DNA of 41,980 bases from an archaeon. GTDB taxonomy: Archaea > B1Sed10-29 > JAJSAI01. The notes below the pieces were generated by a model. That model searched no databases, had not been told where the DNA came from, and saw nothing but the letters and a program-made list of their open reading frames with translations. How positions within the stretch are numbered: the stretch's first letter is position 1; every line of letters begins with the position of its first letter. This document shows positions 7,403 to 16,667 of this stretch, piece after piece. Both the position numbers and the translations under genes were made by a program. The stretch is from NCBI GenBank assembly GCA_024274695.1, contig JAJSAI010000023.1, forward strand, positions 1 to 41,980, in the 5' to 3' direction.

Positions 7403-8896
7403 ATGCATGAGTACGAAAGGAAGCTCTTGCAAGCACTGGCAGACGCCGGAGGAAAGGGGGATTTTGAGGATCTCGCTGAAAAAGCGGGGCTGAATACTGG
7501 AGCGGCTAACTACGCGCTTGCAATGCTTGCTGAAAAAGGGTTTATCAGGGTGCACGAGAGCAAGCGGGAAGAAGTTTCCTTGGACGACGAGGGAAAAGAG
7601 TATCTTGAGAAAGGGCTTCCTGAAAGGCGAGTTCTGGATGTAGTGGAAAAAGAGACAGGCGTAAAGGAAGTCATGAAAAAGGTTCCAGGGAACGTTTTCA
7701 GGATAGCGAGCATCTGGCTCGTTAGGCTTGGTCTTGCCAGGATAAGGTCAGGAACCATCTCCCTTACGGAGAAGGGGCTTGAGTACAAGAAAAAGAAGAT
7801 GGGCCAAGAGAAGGTCCTTGAACTGCTTGCCGAAGGAAAGACAGTGCCTGAGGAGCTCAAGGAAGACTTTAACCTGCTAAAGGGAAGGGGCAGGATAGTA
7901 AAAACAAGAGAAGTGACAGAACGCGTTCTTGAGATAACAGAACAAGGGAAGAAGGCATTGTCTGAAGAGAGCGAAGGTGAGGAGATCGTACAGCTGGACT
8001 CAGAGGCAATAGTCACAGGGAGCTGGAGGGGAAAGAAGTTCAAGAGGTACAACATTAACGCCCCCGCGCCCAGGGAATATGCTGGAAGAGTCCACCCAAC
8101 CGTGAAGATAATGGGCCTCGTGCGCAGGATCTTCACAGAGATGGGCTTCAAGGAGATGAGAGGACCGTGGGTTGAAAGCGCGTTCTGGTGCTTTGACAGC
8201 ATGTTCGTACCCCAGGATCATCCTGCCAGGGAAGTGCAGGACACATTCTACCTGGAAGGAAAGGCGAGGCTCCCTGACAAGGACCTCGTGGAGAGGGTGA
8301 AGAAAGTGCACGAGAACGGGTACGATACAGGTTCTAAAGGATACGGGTACAAGTGGGATCCAGAACTCGCCATGAAGCGGGTTCTCAGGACGCACACCAC
8401 CGCGACCACGTTTAGGTACTTCGGTAAGGGCATAGAAAGGCCCGCGAAGTACTTCAGCATAGACAGGGTCTTCAGGAACGAAACAATAGACAGGACCCAT
8501 CTGCCAGAGTTCCATCAGATAGAAGGGTTCGTGCTCGGTGACGTTGACTTCAGGGACCTGGTAGGCTACCTGAAAACGTTCTACCGCAAGATGGGCATAA
8601 AGAAGATCAGGCTTAAGCCGTATTATAACCCGTACACCGAACCGAGCACCGAAGTGTTCGCCAAACACCCTAAGTTCGGCTGGCTTGAGCTCGGGAACTC
8701 GGGCCAGTTCAGGCCAGAGGCCCTCGCCCCGTATGGGATAACCGACAACGTAGTAGCGTGGGGGCTGGGCCTTGAACGGCTTGTGATGCTCGCGTACGAG
8801 AAGCACTCCATAAGGGAGGTGCTGGGACCAGCCTGCGACCTGGAATGGCTGAGAACATACAGGATACCGGGAGGGTACGAGAGTGGTAGTGCTTGA
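7403..8896 (+). CDS. pheS: Phenylalanine-tRNA ligase alpha subunit (archaeal type)
   Basis: GLPE, GRVHP, PQDHPAREVQDTFYL, LRTHTT, DRVFRNETIDRTHLPEFHQIEG, PYTEPS and AWGLGLERL. Confidence 0.97.
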   Translation: MHEYERKLLQALADAGGKGDFEDLAEKAGLNTGAANYALAMLAEKGFIRVHESKREEVSLDDEGKEYLEKGLPERRVLDVVEKETGVKEVMKKVPGNVFRIASIWLVRLGLARIRSGTISLTEKGLEYKKKKMGQEKVLELLAEGKTVPEELKEDFNLLKGRGRIVKTREVTERVLEITEQGKKALSEESEGEEIVQLDSEAIVTGSWRGKKFKRYNINAPAPREYAGRVHPTVKIMGLVRRIFTEMGFKEMRGPWVESAFWCFDSMFVPQDHPAREVQDTFYLEGKARLPDKDLVERVKKVHENGYDTGSKGYGYKWDPELAMKRVLRTHTTATTFRYFGKGIERPAKYFSIDRVFRNETIDRTHLPEFHQIEGFVLGDVDFRDLVGYLKTFYRKMGIKKIRLKPYYNPYTEPSTEVFAKHPKFGWLELGNSGQFRPEALAPYGITDNVVAWGLGLERLVMLAYEKHSIREVLGPACDLEWLRTYRIPGGYESGSA

Positions 8897-10541
8897 AACA
8901 GACAAAAAAACTCTTTTAGGGTACGTAGGAAGGGACATTACTGACGAGGAACTTGAAGAGACTTTGTTCAGCATGGGCTTTGAACTTGAAAAAGCGGATG
9001 ACGGAAAACTGAGAATAGAAATAACCCCTGAAAGAGTTGACATGATCTCTGTTCAAGGGTGCGCGAGAGCCCTGAGACAGTACCTGGGTATAGAACCTGG
9101 GCTGAAGAAGTACGAGGTGCGCCCGAGCGGGATAGAAATATTCATTGACGAGTCCGTAAAAAACGTCAGGCCGTACACTGTTGCTGCAGTGGTCAGGGGA
9201 ATAGAGTTTAACGACGAGAGGATAAAAGAGATAATCTGGCTTCAGGAGAAACTGCACGACACCTACGCTCGGGGACGGAAACAAGCGGCCATAGGAATAT
9301 ACCCTCTGGAACCAATAACCCCCCCAATAAGGTACTATGCTGAGGCTCCTGAAAAGATAAGGTTCGTTCCCCTCGGAGCAGAAGAACCCATGACAGGCAG
9401 GGAAATCCTGGAAAAGCACCCCACCGGGATAAAGTACGCGCACCTTCTCCAAGGCAAAGAGAAGTATCCTCTGTTCGTTGACGCTGAAGGAAAAGTGCTC
9501 AGCATGCCCCCGATAATAAACTCAAGAGATCTTGGAATGGTGACAGAGGACACCAGGAACGTGTTCGTTGAGTGTAGTGGACACGACCTGAAAAAATTGA
9601 ACACTGTCCTGAACGTGATAGTGACGAGCTTGGCTGACATGGGAGGCAGGATAGAATCTGTCAGGGTTCACGCTTACGGTCAAGGATACTCCCCTCCAGA
9701 CCTTTCCCCGTGGAAGATGACTCTTGACTCAGACCAGCTGGAGAGATGGTCTGGAATAAGACTCTCCGCCGCGGAGATGAAGCCCCTGCTGGAGCGAATG
9801 GGATACGATGCTGAGGAGATTTCAAGCACTGAAGTGGAGGTGAGCATTCCAGCTTACCGGGCCGATGTGCTCCATCCTGTTGACATCATTGATGACGTGC
9901 TAAGAGCGTATGGTTTTGACAATATTCCGGAGAAGATCTCCAACCTTATGACCGTCGGAGGCCTGACTAAGGACACGGTGCTCTCAGAGGATGTGAGGGA
10001 GATCATGACTGGCATGGGCTTCCAGGAAGCGCTCACGCTCGCGCTGACCAGCACTGAAGACCAGTACCATAAGATGAACGTGGAAGAAGGCCCTCATGTC
10101 AGGCTGACAGAAAGAAAAGAAAAGAGCATTAACATGGTCAGGACATGGGTACTGCCCGAACTGATGAAGGTGCTGCAGAGTAACAGGAGCAAGCCATTCC
10201 CGCAGAGGGTGTTTGAAGTAGGGTATGTGGTAATCCCTGACAGCAGTTCCGACACGCTGGCAAAAAATGAGCTTAGACTGGCCGCGGTCATCTCGGATGA
10301 CAAGGCCAACTATTCTGATGCCAAGGCAGTGCTTGAAATGTTATGCAGGGTAATGGGCTGGGAGCTCGCACTCAATGAAACAGGGCACGGGTCGTTCATT
10401 CCAGGAAGGACCGCAAAGATCCTGCTGAACGGAAAAGAATGCGGGATTATAGGTGAAGTTCATCCTCAGGTGCTCGAGAACTACGGGCTTGAACACCCCG
10501 CGTCCGCTTTTGAAATCAGCTTACAGCAGTTCATCACTTGA
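8883..10541 (+). CDS. pheT: Phenylalanine-tRNA ligase beta subunit (archaeal type)
   Basis: Follows pheS. Motifs IEITPERVD, QEKLHDT, LSMPPIINS, PAYRADVLHPVDIIDDV and GEVHPQVLENY. Confidence 0.97.
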   Translation: MVVLETDKKTLLGYVGRDITDEELEETLFSMGFELEKADDGKLRIEITPERVDMISVQGCARALRQYLGIEPGLKKYEVRPSGIEIFIDESVKNVRPYTVAAVVRGIEFNDERIKEIIWLQEKLHDTYARGRKQAAIGIYPLEPITPPIRYYAEAPEKIRFVPLGAEEPMTGREILEKHPTGIKYAHLLQGKEKYPLFVDAEGKVLSMPPIINSRDLGMVTEDTRNVFVECSGHDLKKLNTVLNVIVTSLADMGGRIESVRVHAYGQGYSPPDLSPWKMTLDSDQLERWSGIRLSAAEMKPLLERMGYDAEEISSTEVEVSIPAYRADVLHPVDIIDDVLRAYGFDNIPEKISNLMTVGGLTKDTVLSEDVREIMTGMGFQEALTLALTSTEDQYHKMNVEEGPHVRLTERKEKSINMVRTWVLPELMKVLQSNRSKPFPQRVFEVGYVVIPDSSSDTLAKNELRLAAVISDDKANYSDAKAVLEMLCRVMGWELALNETGHGSFIPGRTAKILLNGKECGIIGEVHPQVLENYGLEHPASAFEISLQQFIT

Positions 10542-11718
10542 TGCTTTCAAGTAACCTTTTTTCGTCCTCGTCCAGCTCGAAGTAGTCCGCCAGGCCTGGG
10601 AAAAGTTTCAGCAGGACGAAGTACGACTCAGCCGCTTTTTTCGAACTGAGGTGGCACTTCCGCCCAACCTTCCTGAATATGGACCTAAGCAGGTACCCCT
10701 CTCGCTTTATGCCCGAACGTATCCTAAGACTCTGGGGAAAGTCAAAGGGCATGAACTTTTTCCGGTGATGCTTCTTTTCCTCCGAAACTAACGCCATCTC
10801 GTCCAGAGCGTACCGGATGTTACCGTAGTCCTGTCTTTTCATCACCCTGCCGAGGTAGACGTCGGCCCTGCTCAGCCGCTCAAACCCTCCCGCCAGGTCC
10901 TCTGGATGCTGGTGGGTCCTCGGGAGGTTTTCCTCAAGCCAAGCGAGCAGGAACCCTGGATCTTCTCCGGATTCCATCAGCGCTTTTCTTGCCATGGAAA
11001 AGCTTCTTGACTCAAGCACTATTTTCAACACGTCAAAGATCCCCTTCTCCCGATCCCTGTACGACAGCACGCTCAGATCCTCTACAGTCACCCTCTTTTT
11101 CCCTCTGGCAAGCATTTCCAGGTCGTTTATAGCCGACCTGACGTCCCCCTCGCTGTACTCCGCGATCCTTCTTATGACCTCATCCTCCACCGAGATGTCC
11201 TCAGCTTCAGCAATGTCCTTCAAGAGCTTTTCAATGGTCCTCGTGCTGACTCTCCTCAGCTTGATAACCTTGCACAGCCGCCGTATTTCCCTGAGCCTCG
11301 GGTCAAAAGCGTTCTCCGCGGTCAGGATGATGGGCGAAGTGTTCTGCTTGAGTATTTTGGCCACTGCAGAAAGCCCTCCCCTGTCCCCTGATGTCATCAG
11401 GTCAACCTCGTCAAACAGAATGAGCCTCATCTTCCCGAAGAGCGAGAGGGTCATGCTGGCCTGTCCCGCTGTCCTCTCAACAGTCTTCCCAGTCCTCTGT
11501 TCCCCAGTGTTCATTTCCAGCAACTGAAACCCGTACTCTTTAGCGCACGCGAGGGCAATGCTTGTCTTGCCAGATCCCGTGGGTCCTGTGATCAGCAGGG
11601 GAGGCTGCCTCTCGCCCCTTTTCCACGCCTCCGCCCATTCCTTAACCTGCTTGACCGCGCTGGGGTTCCCGAGCACTTCGTCAAGCCTGCTGGGAGCGTA
11701 CTTGTCGGCCCATAACAT
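10534..11718 (-). CDS. rfcL: Replication factor C large subunit
   Basis: Start trimmed to ATG 11718 (MLWADKYAP). Walker A GPTGSGKT, LILFDEVD, GDVRSAINDL, WLEENLP and LSRAD. Confidence 0.92.
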   Translation of the reverse strand: MLWADKYAPSRLDEVLGNPSAVKQVKEWAEAWKRGERQPPLLITGPTGSGKTSIALACAKEYGFQLLEMNTGEQRTGKTVERTAGQASMTLSLFGKMRLILFDEVDLMTSGDRGGLSAVAKILKQNTSPIILTAENAFDPRLREIRRLCKVIKLRRVSTRTIEKLLKDIAEAEDISVEDEVIRRIAEYSEGDVRSAINDLEMLARGKKRVTVEDLSVLSYRDREKGIFDVLKIVLESRSFSMARKALMESGEDPGFLLAWLEENLPRTHQHPEDLAGGFERLSRADVYLGRVMKRQDYGNIRYALDEMALVSEEKKHHRKKFMPFDFPQSLRIRSGIKREGYLLRSIFRKVGRKCHLSSKKAAESYFVLLKLFPGLADYFELDEDEKRLLESIK

Positions 11719-11773
11719 ATTCGTATATAATAAGAGGGTGAATAAAAAAGAAGGCGTACGCGGGGGAGTTAGA

Positions 11774-12922
11774 GTGATAAAGGTAGGCGTCTGCGGCAAA
11801 CCTTCCTCCGGAAAGTCCACTTTCTTTAGTGCTGCCACTATGGTTGATGTGCCCAGGGCCGCGTATCCATTCACCACCATAGAACCGAACGTGGGGATGG
11901 CAGCGGTTTCCAGGAGATGCGCGTGCCAGGACATTCCAGAGATACGCGGGAAATGCAGGCCGCGGAACTCAAGGTGCGTTAACGGAACCAGGATAATACC
12001 CATCCAGTTAGTGGACGTGGCGGGACTGGTCCCAGGAGCACACTTAGGAAAGGGCATGGGCAACGAGTTCTTGAGCGACTTGATCGACGCGGAGGCCCTC
12101 GTGCACGTGGTTGACCTGAGCGGGACCACAAACGAAAAAGGAGAACCCGCAGAGGGATACGATCCCGGGAACGACATAGAGTGGTTGCAGGACGAGATAG
12201 ATTACTGGATAAAAGGGATCCTTGACAGGAACTGGAAGAACATTGAGAGGAAGGCTAAAACAAGACCCTTGTGGGAATGTGTTTTTGAACAAGTCAGCGG
12301 CCTGAGGATTGACCCAGAAAAAGTGAAAGGGATCGTTGAGTCGGGGTTCTCAGACACTCTTGATCTCGCGAGGAGGATAAGGGAGGCCAACAAACCGATC
12401 GTGCTGGCAGGGAACAAGATAGACCTGCCTTCAGCCAAAGAAAACTACGAGCGGCTGAAGAAAGAGTACGATATAATCCCTGTGTCGGCAGAAGCCGAGC
12501 TGGCCCTCAGGAAGGCGGAAAAAGCGGGCCTGATAAGGTATTACGGGAACGATTTTGAGATCTTGAAAAACCTTTCCCCGGCGCAGGAGAAGGCGCTGCA
12601 GGCCATCAGGGAAAACGTGCTAGAACCATACGGGTCCACGGGAGTCCAGGAGGTGCTGAATAGGACAGTGTTCCAGGTACTCGGATACATTGTGGTCTAT
12701 CCCGTGGAGGATGAAAGGAGGTACTCTGACAAGAACGGGAACGTGCTGCCTGACGCGGTGCTGATGAAGAAGGGATCCACGGTAATACATCTCGCTGAAA
12801 AGGTGCACTCTTACCTTGCGAGAGGGTTTATCGCGGCTGTTGACTGCAGGACAAAAAGAAAAATCGGTAGGGACCACGTCCTATCCGACTCGGACATAAT
12901 AAGCATAAAAGCAAGGTCTTAA
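11774..12922 (+). CDS. ychF: YchF/Ola1-related Obg-family NTPase (archaeal type) with TGS domain
   Basis: GTG start at 11774. Motifs GKPSSGKSTFF, YPFTTIEPN, DVAGLVPGAHLGKGMGNEFL, NKID, VSAEAEL and VYPVEDE...LPDA. Confidence 0.9.
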   Translation: MIKVGVCGKPSSGKSTFFSAATMVDVPRAAYPFTTIEPNVGMAAVSRRCACQDIPEIRGKCRPRNSRCVNGTRIIPIQLVDVAGLVPGAHLGKGMGNEFLSDLIDAEALVHVVDLSGTTNEKGEPAEGYDPGNDIEWLQDEIDYWIKGILDRNWKNIERKAKTRPLWECVFEQVSGLRIDPEKVKGIVESGFSDTLDLARRIREANKPIVLAGNKIDLPSAKENYERLKKEYDIIPVSAEAELALRKAEKAGLIRYYGNDFEILKNLSPAQEKALQAIRENVLEPYGSTGVQEVLNRTVFQVLGYIVVYPVEDERRYSDKNGNVLPDAVLMKKGSTVIHLAEKVHSYLARGFIAAVDCRTKRKIGRDHVLSDSDIISIKARS

Positions 12923-13194
12923 AAGGGGAACAGGCTTCCGCCCGGCTTGTCGTCCTCCTGTTCCTCGTCCCCAGGAAAGCTTATTTTTTCCACCTGGAAC
13001 TTTTTCTCCCTCTCCTCAAGCTCTTCTCTCGCCCTCTGCATCTCCTCTTTTTTGTTCTGCAGTCTTGTGAGGGTGTAGAAGTACGCGTTTATTATGGTGT
13101 CCAGGCCCATCTGCCTTTTCTCTCCTCTCTGGGAGACCTCTTGCACGTACAACTGGACTATCTTGAACGCCATTTCCTCCACGGGGTCAATCAT
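12919..13194 (-). CDS. Hypothetical small helical protein
   Basis: 91 aa, overlapping the upstream gene and preceded by a GGAGGAGGGG RBS-like run. Amphipathic helices followed by a coiled-coil and acidic tail. Confidence 0.75.
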   Translation of the reverse strand: MIDPVEEMAFKIVQLYVQEVSQRGEKRQMGLDTIINAYFYTLTRLQNKKEEMQRAREELEEREKKFQVEKISFPGDEEQEDDKPGGSLFPF

Positions 13195-13813
13195 TCTTCT
13201 TCCCCTCCTCCGCCTTTTGGAGTATCGCGAGCTCTTCCGCGGTTATCTTTTCTCCTGCGAGGAACTTTTTCATTATCTTGTCCGCGAGCTCGCTCACCTC
13301 TTCCGCGGGCATCTCCTTGGAGTACCCGACGGTTATTATCTTGCTCTCTCCTTTTTTAGCCTCTTTAGGGACTTTCTCCAACAGTTTTTCAAGCTTCTTC
13401 TCGTGGGCTTCTATTTCCTTATGAAGTTCTTTCATCTGCTTTGACAGTTCAGCGAGCCTGTTCTCCGCGGCCTGAAGTTCTTCCTTCCAGTGCCTGGACT
13501 TGAAGAAATTCTTCTTCATGGTCCGCAGTTTTTCAAGCTCTGCCTCCATCTCATCCAAGCGCGCGACTATCTCCTTCTCGCGGGACATGGGCGTTTGTCC
13601 CGTCTGGTACTTGAAGTACAAGGACTTGTATTTCCTTTCAAGCTCCTTGAGCCTTCTTCCAGGAGGCTTGACCTCGCCTACTTTCTCCAGTTTTGATTTT
13701 AGGAACTTGATCCTCCTTTCAAGAAGGGATTTCTCTTTCCTCAGGTTACGCAGGTTTTGTCTTTTTTCTTTTAACACTTTCTTCTCTTCTGATATTTTCT
13801 GGCTTATGTTCAT
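13187..13813 (-). CDS. Archaeal coiled-coil protein (COG1340-like C-terminus)
   Basis: K/E heptad-rich, with YQT..PMSREKEIV and C-terminal ADKIMKKFLAGEKITAEELAILQ resembling the COG1340 signature. Confidence 0.75.
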   Translation of the reverse strand: MNISQKISEEKKVLKEKRQNLRNLRKEKSLLERRIKFLKSKLEKVGEVKPPGRRLKELERKYKSLYFKYQTGQTPMSREKEIVARLDEMEAELEKLRTMKKNFFKSRHWKEELQAAENRLAELSKQMKELHKEIEAHEKKLEKLLEKVPKEAKKGESKIITVGYSKEMPAEEVSELADKIMKKFLAGEKITAEELAILQKAEEGKKND

Positions 13814-14529
13814 CGTGCTCCCTCTTTTTTCATCCAGTCTAGACCATACTCCTTATACTCCTTGGTCTGCGTGGACAGGTAAACGTCAACACCAAACTTG
13901 GCGAACACCGCGCCCAAGATTATCATGACCGCGTAAACGGACATGGGCACGAGGTCTGTGGAAAGCGCGAACTTTGAGAGCATGGCGTGAAGTCCCAGGA
14001 AAGAGTACAGGGCGATAAGTGATCCTGAGAGCATTAGCACTATAGAAACCATTATCTTTGTGGTTCCCTTGACCTTCATCTGGTTCAACTGCTTTTGGAC
14101 GTCCTGCACTGCGGAGTTGAACTGTATCTTGAAGTTAAACAGGTCCGACTTCACTGACTCCACCATTGCTTTCATGTCCTCTATCTTTTTCTCTAGGACC
14201 TCGTGTCTTTCCATGGATTTAAGGTCTGTCTTGAGCAGGATTTCTTTTTCTGTTTTTCTGAGCTCTTCTCTCAGGAAGGACTCGAAGTTCTTTTTTTCTT
14301 CCTCAAAGAGCCTGTGGACCTCAAGCTTTAGTTTGGAGGCAAGGTACCCCTCGTACTCTTTTTTCACCTGCTCGTATACCCTTCTGGCCTCTGATTCTGA
14401 GAGCCCTGTGCTCACGAGCGTGGTTATTATCTTGTCCTCTGGAACGCTCCGTGTTATCATTTCCAGGACTACGTCAGAAAGCTTTCTTGAAGGCGTCTCT
14501 TGTGCTTCCTTTTTGCCGAAAAGAGGCAT
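13810..14529 (-). CDS. Hypothetical coiled-coil protein with two C-terminal TM helices
   Basis: N-terminal helical motif (EDKIITTLVSTGLSESEARRVY), a long coiled coil and two hydrophobic segments. ATGA overlap with the next gene. Confidence 0.78.
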   Translation of the reverse strand: MPLFGKKEAQETPSRKLSDVVLEMITRSVPEDKIITTLVSTGLSESEARRVYEQVKKEYEGYLASKLKLEVHRLFEEEKKNFESFLREELRKTEKEILLKTDLKSMERHEVLEKKIEDMKAMVESVKSDLFNFKIQFNSAVQDVQKQLNQMKVKGTTKIMVSIVLMLSGSLIALYSFLGLHAMLSKFALSTDLVPMSVYAVMIILGAVFAKFGVDVYLSTQTKEYKEYGLDWMKKEGAR

Positions 14530-14618
14530 GAGAATATTACCTTCCGGGAGTTTAAAAAATTAACCGGAACCAACCGTCATGGCGCAGGAAGCCTGTTTTT
14601 ATCCTCTTCTGAGAACAT

Positions 14619-15152
14619 GTGCCCGTGTGGCTGTCTGCATCGGCGGGCGTCGCGGTGATCGTGACGGGCCTGCTGTTGTTCGGGAGCATAACGAGCATGC
14701 GGCCGGGACAGGAGTGGAACACTCTCCTGGCGCACTACAACACCACCGAGACAGTGTACAGGATGGAGCACGGGTTCGAAAACGCGGTCAGGGAGAGTAT
14801 TACTCCGGGGCTGTCGGAACCAGAACAGGTGACCAGAACCTGTGAGAGTGTCTGGACCTGGGCGTCGGGGGAGAAAGTCAGAGTCAGAGTCTTCTTCGGC
14901 CTGGAGACCTTCGGGTTTAGGGAAAACATTGTGAACAGGCTCTCTGACGAAGGCAGAAGACTTCTGAGGGTGACCTTGGAAACGTGCCCGTGGGCGTGCG
15001 CGGCTGTCCTCCGGCGGGATACCCGGGGGTGTATTGTGATTAGGAACGACGGCCTGGTGTCAGGAAGAGGGATGGTCGCCGTGGGCATTATCCTAGAGAA
15101 GGAGGGCGTCAGGACTGTTATTCCCGAGGGGAGGGTATTCTGCGGAGGGTGA
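14619..15152 (+). CDS. Hypothetical protein with N-terminal TM helix (possible pilus-associated protein)
   Basis: Hydrophobic N-terminus, Cys-containing C-terminal part, 4 nt upstream of a class III signal peptide gene. Confidence 0.6.
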   Translation: MPVWLSASAGVAVIVTGLLLFGSITSMRPGQEWNTLLAHYNTTETVYRMEHGFENAVRESITPGLSEPEQVTRTCESVWTWASGEKVRVRVFFGLETFGFRENIVNRLSDEGRRLLRVTLETCPWACAAVLRRDTRGCIVIRNDGLVSGRGMVAVGIILEKEGVRTVIPEGRVFCGG

Positions 15153-15156
15153 GACC

Positions 15157-15525
15157 TTGAGAGGACAGTACTCCCTGGAGTTCATGCTGATTTCAGCGGT
15201 TTTCCTAGTGTTCTTGGTACTCCTGCTACACCCTGTGAGCCTGCTGCTGGCAGGGTCAAGAGACGTTGCCGAAAAAGAGAATGCCAGAACCCTTCTGGAA
15301 TCCTGCGCCCGAAAGTGCAGGGAGGCGAGCGTGTTCGGCGCTAGTTCAAGGCTGGAGGTAATCTCCCTGACCAAAGGAAGGCTGGCCTCAACGGGAAACA
15401 GGCTCGTTTACACTACAAGAGAGTTTAACGTGTCCATCAGCCCTTTTAGGTGCGCTGTGGACTTAAACATTTCCAGAGGAAAGAACATGGTAGTTATTCA
15501 CGCGCCTGATCCCGAAATGCACTAG
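15157..15525 (+). CDS. Type IV pilin-like protein with class III signal peptide
   Basis: MRG|QYSLEFMLISAVFLVFLVLLL: basic residue then Gly, Q+1, E+5 and a hydrophobic helix. Confidence 0.8.
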   Translation: MRGQYSLEFMLISAVFLVFLVLLLHPVSLLLAGSRDVAEKENARTLLESCARKCREASVFGASSRLEVISLTKGRLASTGNRLVYTTREFNVSISPFRCAVDLNISRGKNMVVIHAPDPEMH

Positions 15526-15825
15526 TCTTCCAGCGCACTCTCTTACAAAGTTTATCTGTCCGCAGTTCTTCTGAACGCAGTATTCAAGTCCGCTGGCTTC
15601 CACTACACTAAAGCACTCTGGCACGGGAGTCCCCCTAGTGCAGCATGCCTCCAGAACATCCTGGCCGAGAGCATATGCTTCCAGGGGTGATGTGTTCTCC
15701 CCAGGTCCTGCGGACGCCACGACAAAAGCGCTCCAAACGCACACGAGCGCGAAGACAAAGGCGTCGTACGCCATGAACTGCCCCTTGCGCTTCCGCAGAC
15801 TACTCGCCGCAGAGCACGATCGCAT
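15463..15825 (-). CDS. Pilin-like protein with class III-like signal, Cys-rich
   Basis: RKRKG|QFMAYDAFVFALVCVWSAFVV with an acidic residue at +6. Several Cys in the globular part. Start codon uncertain. Confidence 0.62.
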   Translation of the reverse strand: MRSCSAASSLRKRKGQFMAYDAFVFALVCVWSAFVVASAGPGENTSPLEAYALGQDVLEACCTRGTPVPECFSVVEASGLEYCVQKNCGQINFVRECAGRLVHFGIRRVNNYHVLSSGNV

Positions 15826-16189
15826 GCACTTCACCTGCAAGCAGTCCTGCTCTTTTCACGCACGCCTTGCCCGGGACTGGTTCCAGCCATGCTCTGCGGA
15901 GCCCCAGCCTCCGCCCGAGGTCTTCAGGAGAAAGGGACTTCAGGAACCTTAGCTTGGAAGGGTCTATGACGTGGTGGAAGACCTTGTTCTGATCGTATAC
16001 TGCCAGGCCCTTTTCTGCGCTGGTCATCAGCAGTTCTGACGCGAGGAGGACTCTTATCTTCCGGCAGTAGTCAGCGTACTCTCCGGCCCTGTTGTATGCT
16101 GTCGCGTGAGAAACGCTAGTGAAAAACACGAGCGCTGCGAGGACTACCAGAAGAGAGGCAGGGGCTTCCAGCACGTTCACTTGAGCCAC
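15800..16189 (-). CDS. Pilin-like protein
   Basis: GTG at 16189 gives MA|QVNVLEAPASLLVVLAALVFF. An alternative GTG at 16180 forms a GTGA overlap with the upstream gene. The longer 16465 start in the ORF track overlaps the upstream gene and is unlikely. Confidence 0.65.
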   Translation of the reverse strand: MAQVNVLEAPASLLVVLAALVFFTSVSHATAYNRAGEYADYCRKIRVLLASELLMTSAEKGLAVYDQNKVFHHVIDPSKLRFLKSLSPEDLGRRLGLRRAWLEPVPGKACVKRAGLLAGEVHAIVLCGE

Positions 16190-16497
16190 CTTTTTTCCGC
16201 GAGTACCCTGATCCCTTCTCTCCCGGGCACAAGTTCTCCAGCGCAATCGTAGGAGTACTCTCCAGAGGTAAGGGAGCCTGCCGCCAGTTCTGTTCCTTGA
16301 GTGAGATTGAACGAAGCGTCGCGGTAGTCGTTGTCCAGGAATATCGTGTCGCACGCCACCTTGGCCTGCAGTAACACTTTTTTCGCGTTCGCTGACGCTA
16401 TTAGTTCTCTGGAGCCCTTGACCGGGAGGGATGATGCGATTAGTATGGACGTGCTGATCCAGCACGAGAGCACGAGCATTGTTTCTAAGGAGTTCAT
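16177..16497 (-). CDS. Pilin-like protein apparently lacking the basic leader
   Basis: MNSLETMLVLSCWISTSILIASS has the SLE-plus-hydrophobic pattern. ATGA-coupled to the upstream pilin-like gene. Confidence 0.65.
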   Translation of the reverse strand: MNSLETMLVLSCWISTSILIASSLPVKGSRELIASANAKKVLLQAKVACDTIFLDNDYRDASFNLTQGTELAAGSLTSGEYSYDCAGELVPGREGIRVLAEKRWLK

Positions 16498-16667
16498 GGT
16501 CTTTTCCTCAGCATCTCAAGCGCTTTCCGGGAATTGGACTTGGCCCTTGACACGGCTTTTGATGACGTGCTCGTGTACGATGAGACAAACCATGCTGCCA
16601 CGAGCAGTACTGCCGCAAGCACGAGGATCGTTTCCAGTGACACCTGAGCTCTCGCGTCCATTCTCAT
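16494..16667 (-). CDS. Small type IV pilin-like protein with class III signal peptide (57 aa, not in ORF track)
   Basis: Manual translation MRMDARA|QVSLETILVLAAVLLVAAWFVSSYTSTSSKAVSRAKSNSRKALEMLRKRP*. ATGA overlaps at both ends. Confidence 0.8.
   Translation of the reverse strand: MRMDARAQVSLETILVLAAVLLVAAWFVSSYTSTSSKAVSRAKSNSRKALEMLRKRP

Noticed and set aside
11900-11990. Cys-rich insertion in the YchF-family NTPase (CAC...C...C)
   Set aside because: A normal feature of the archaeal branch of this family, so not novel.
11719-12177. N-terminal extensions of rfcL (to 12177) and ychF (from 11558)
   Set aside because: They overlap the divergent partner gene. Family homology starts at 11718 and 11774.
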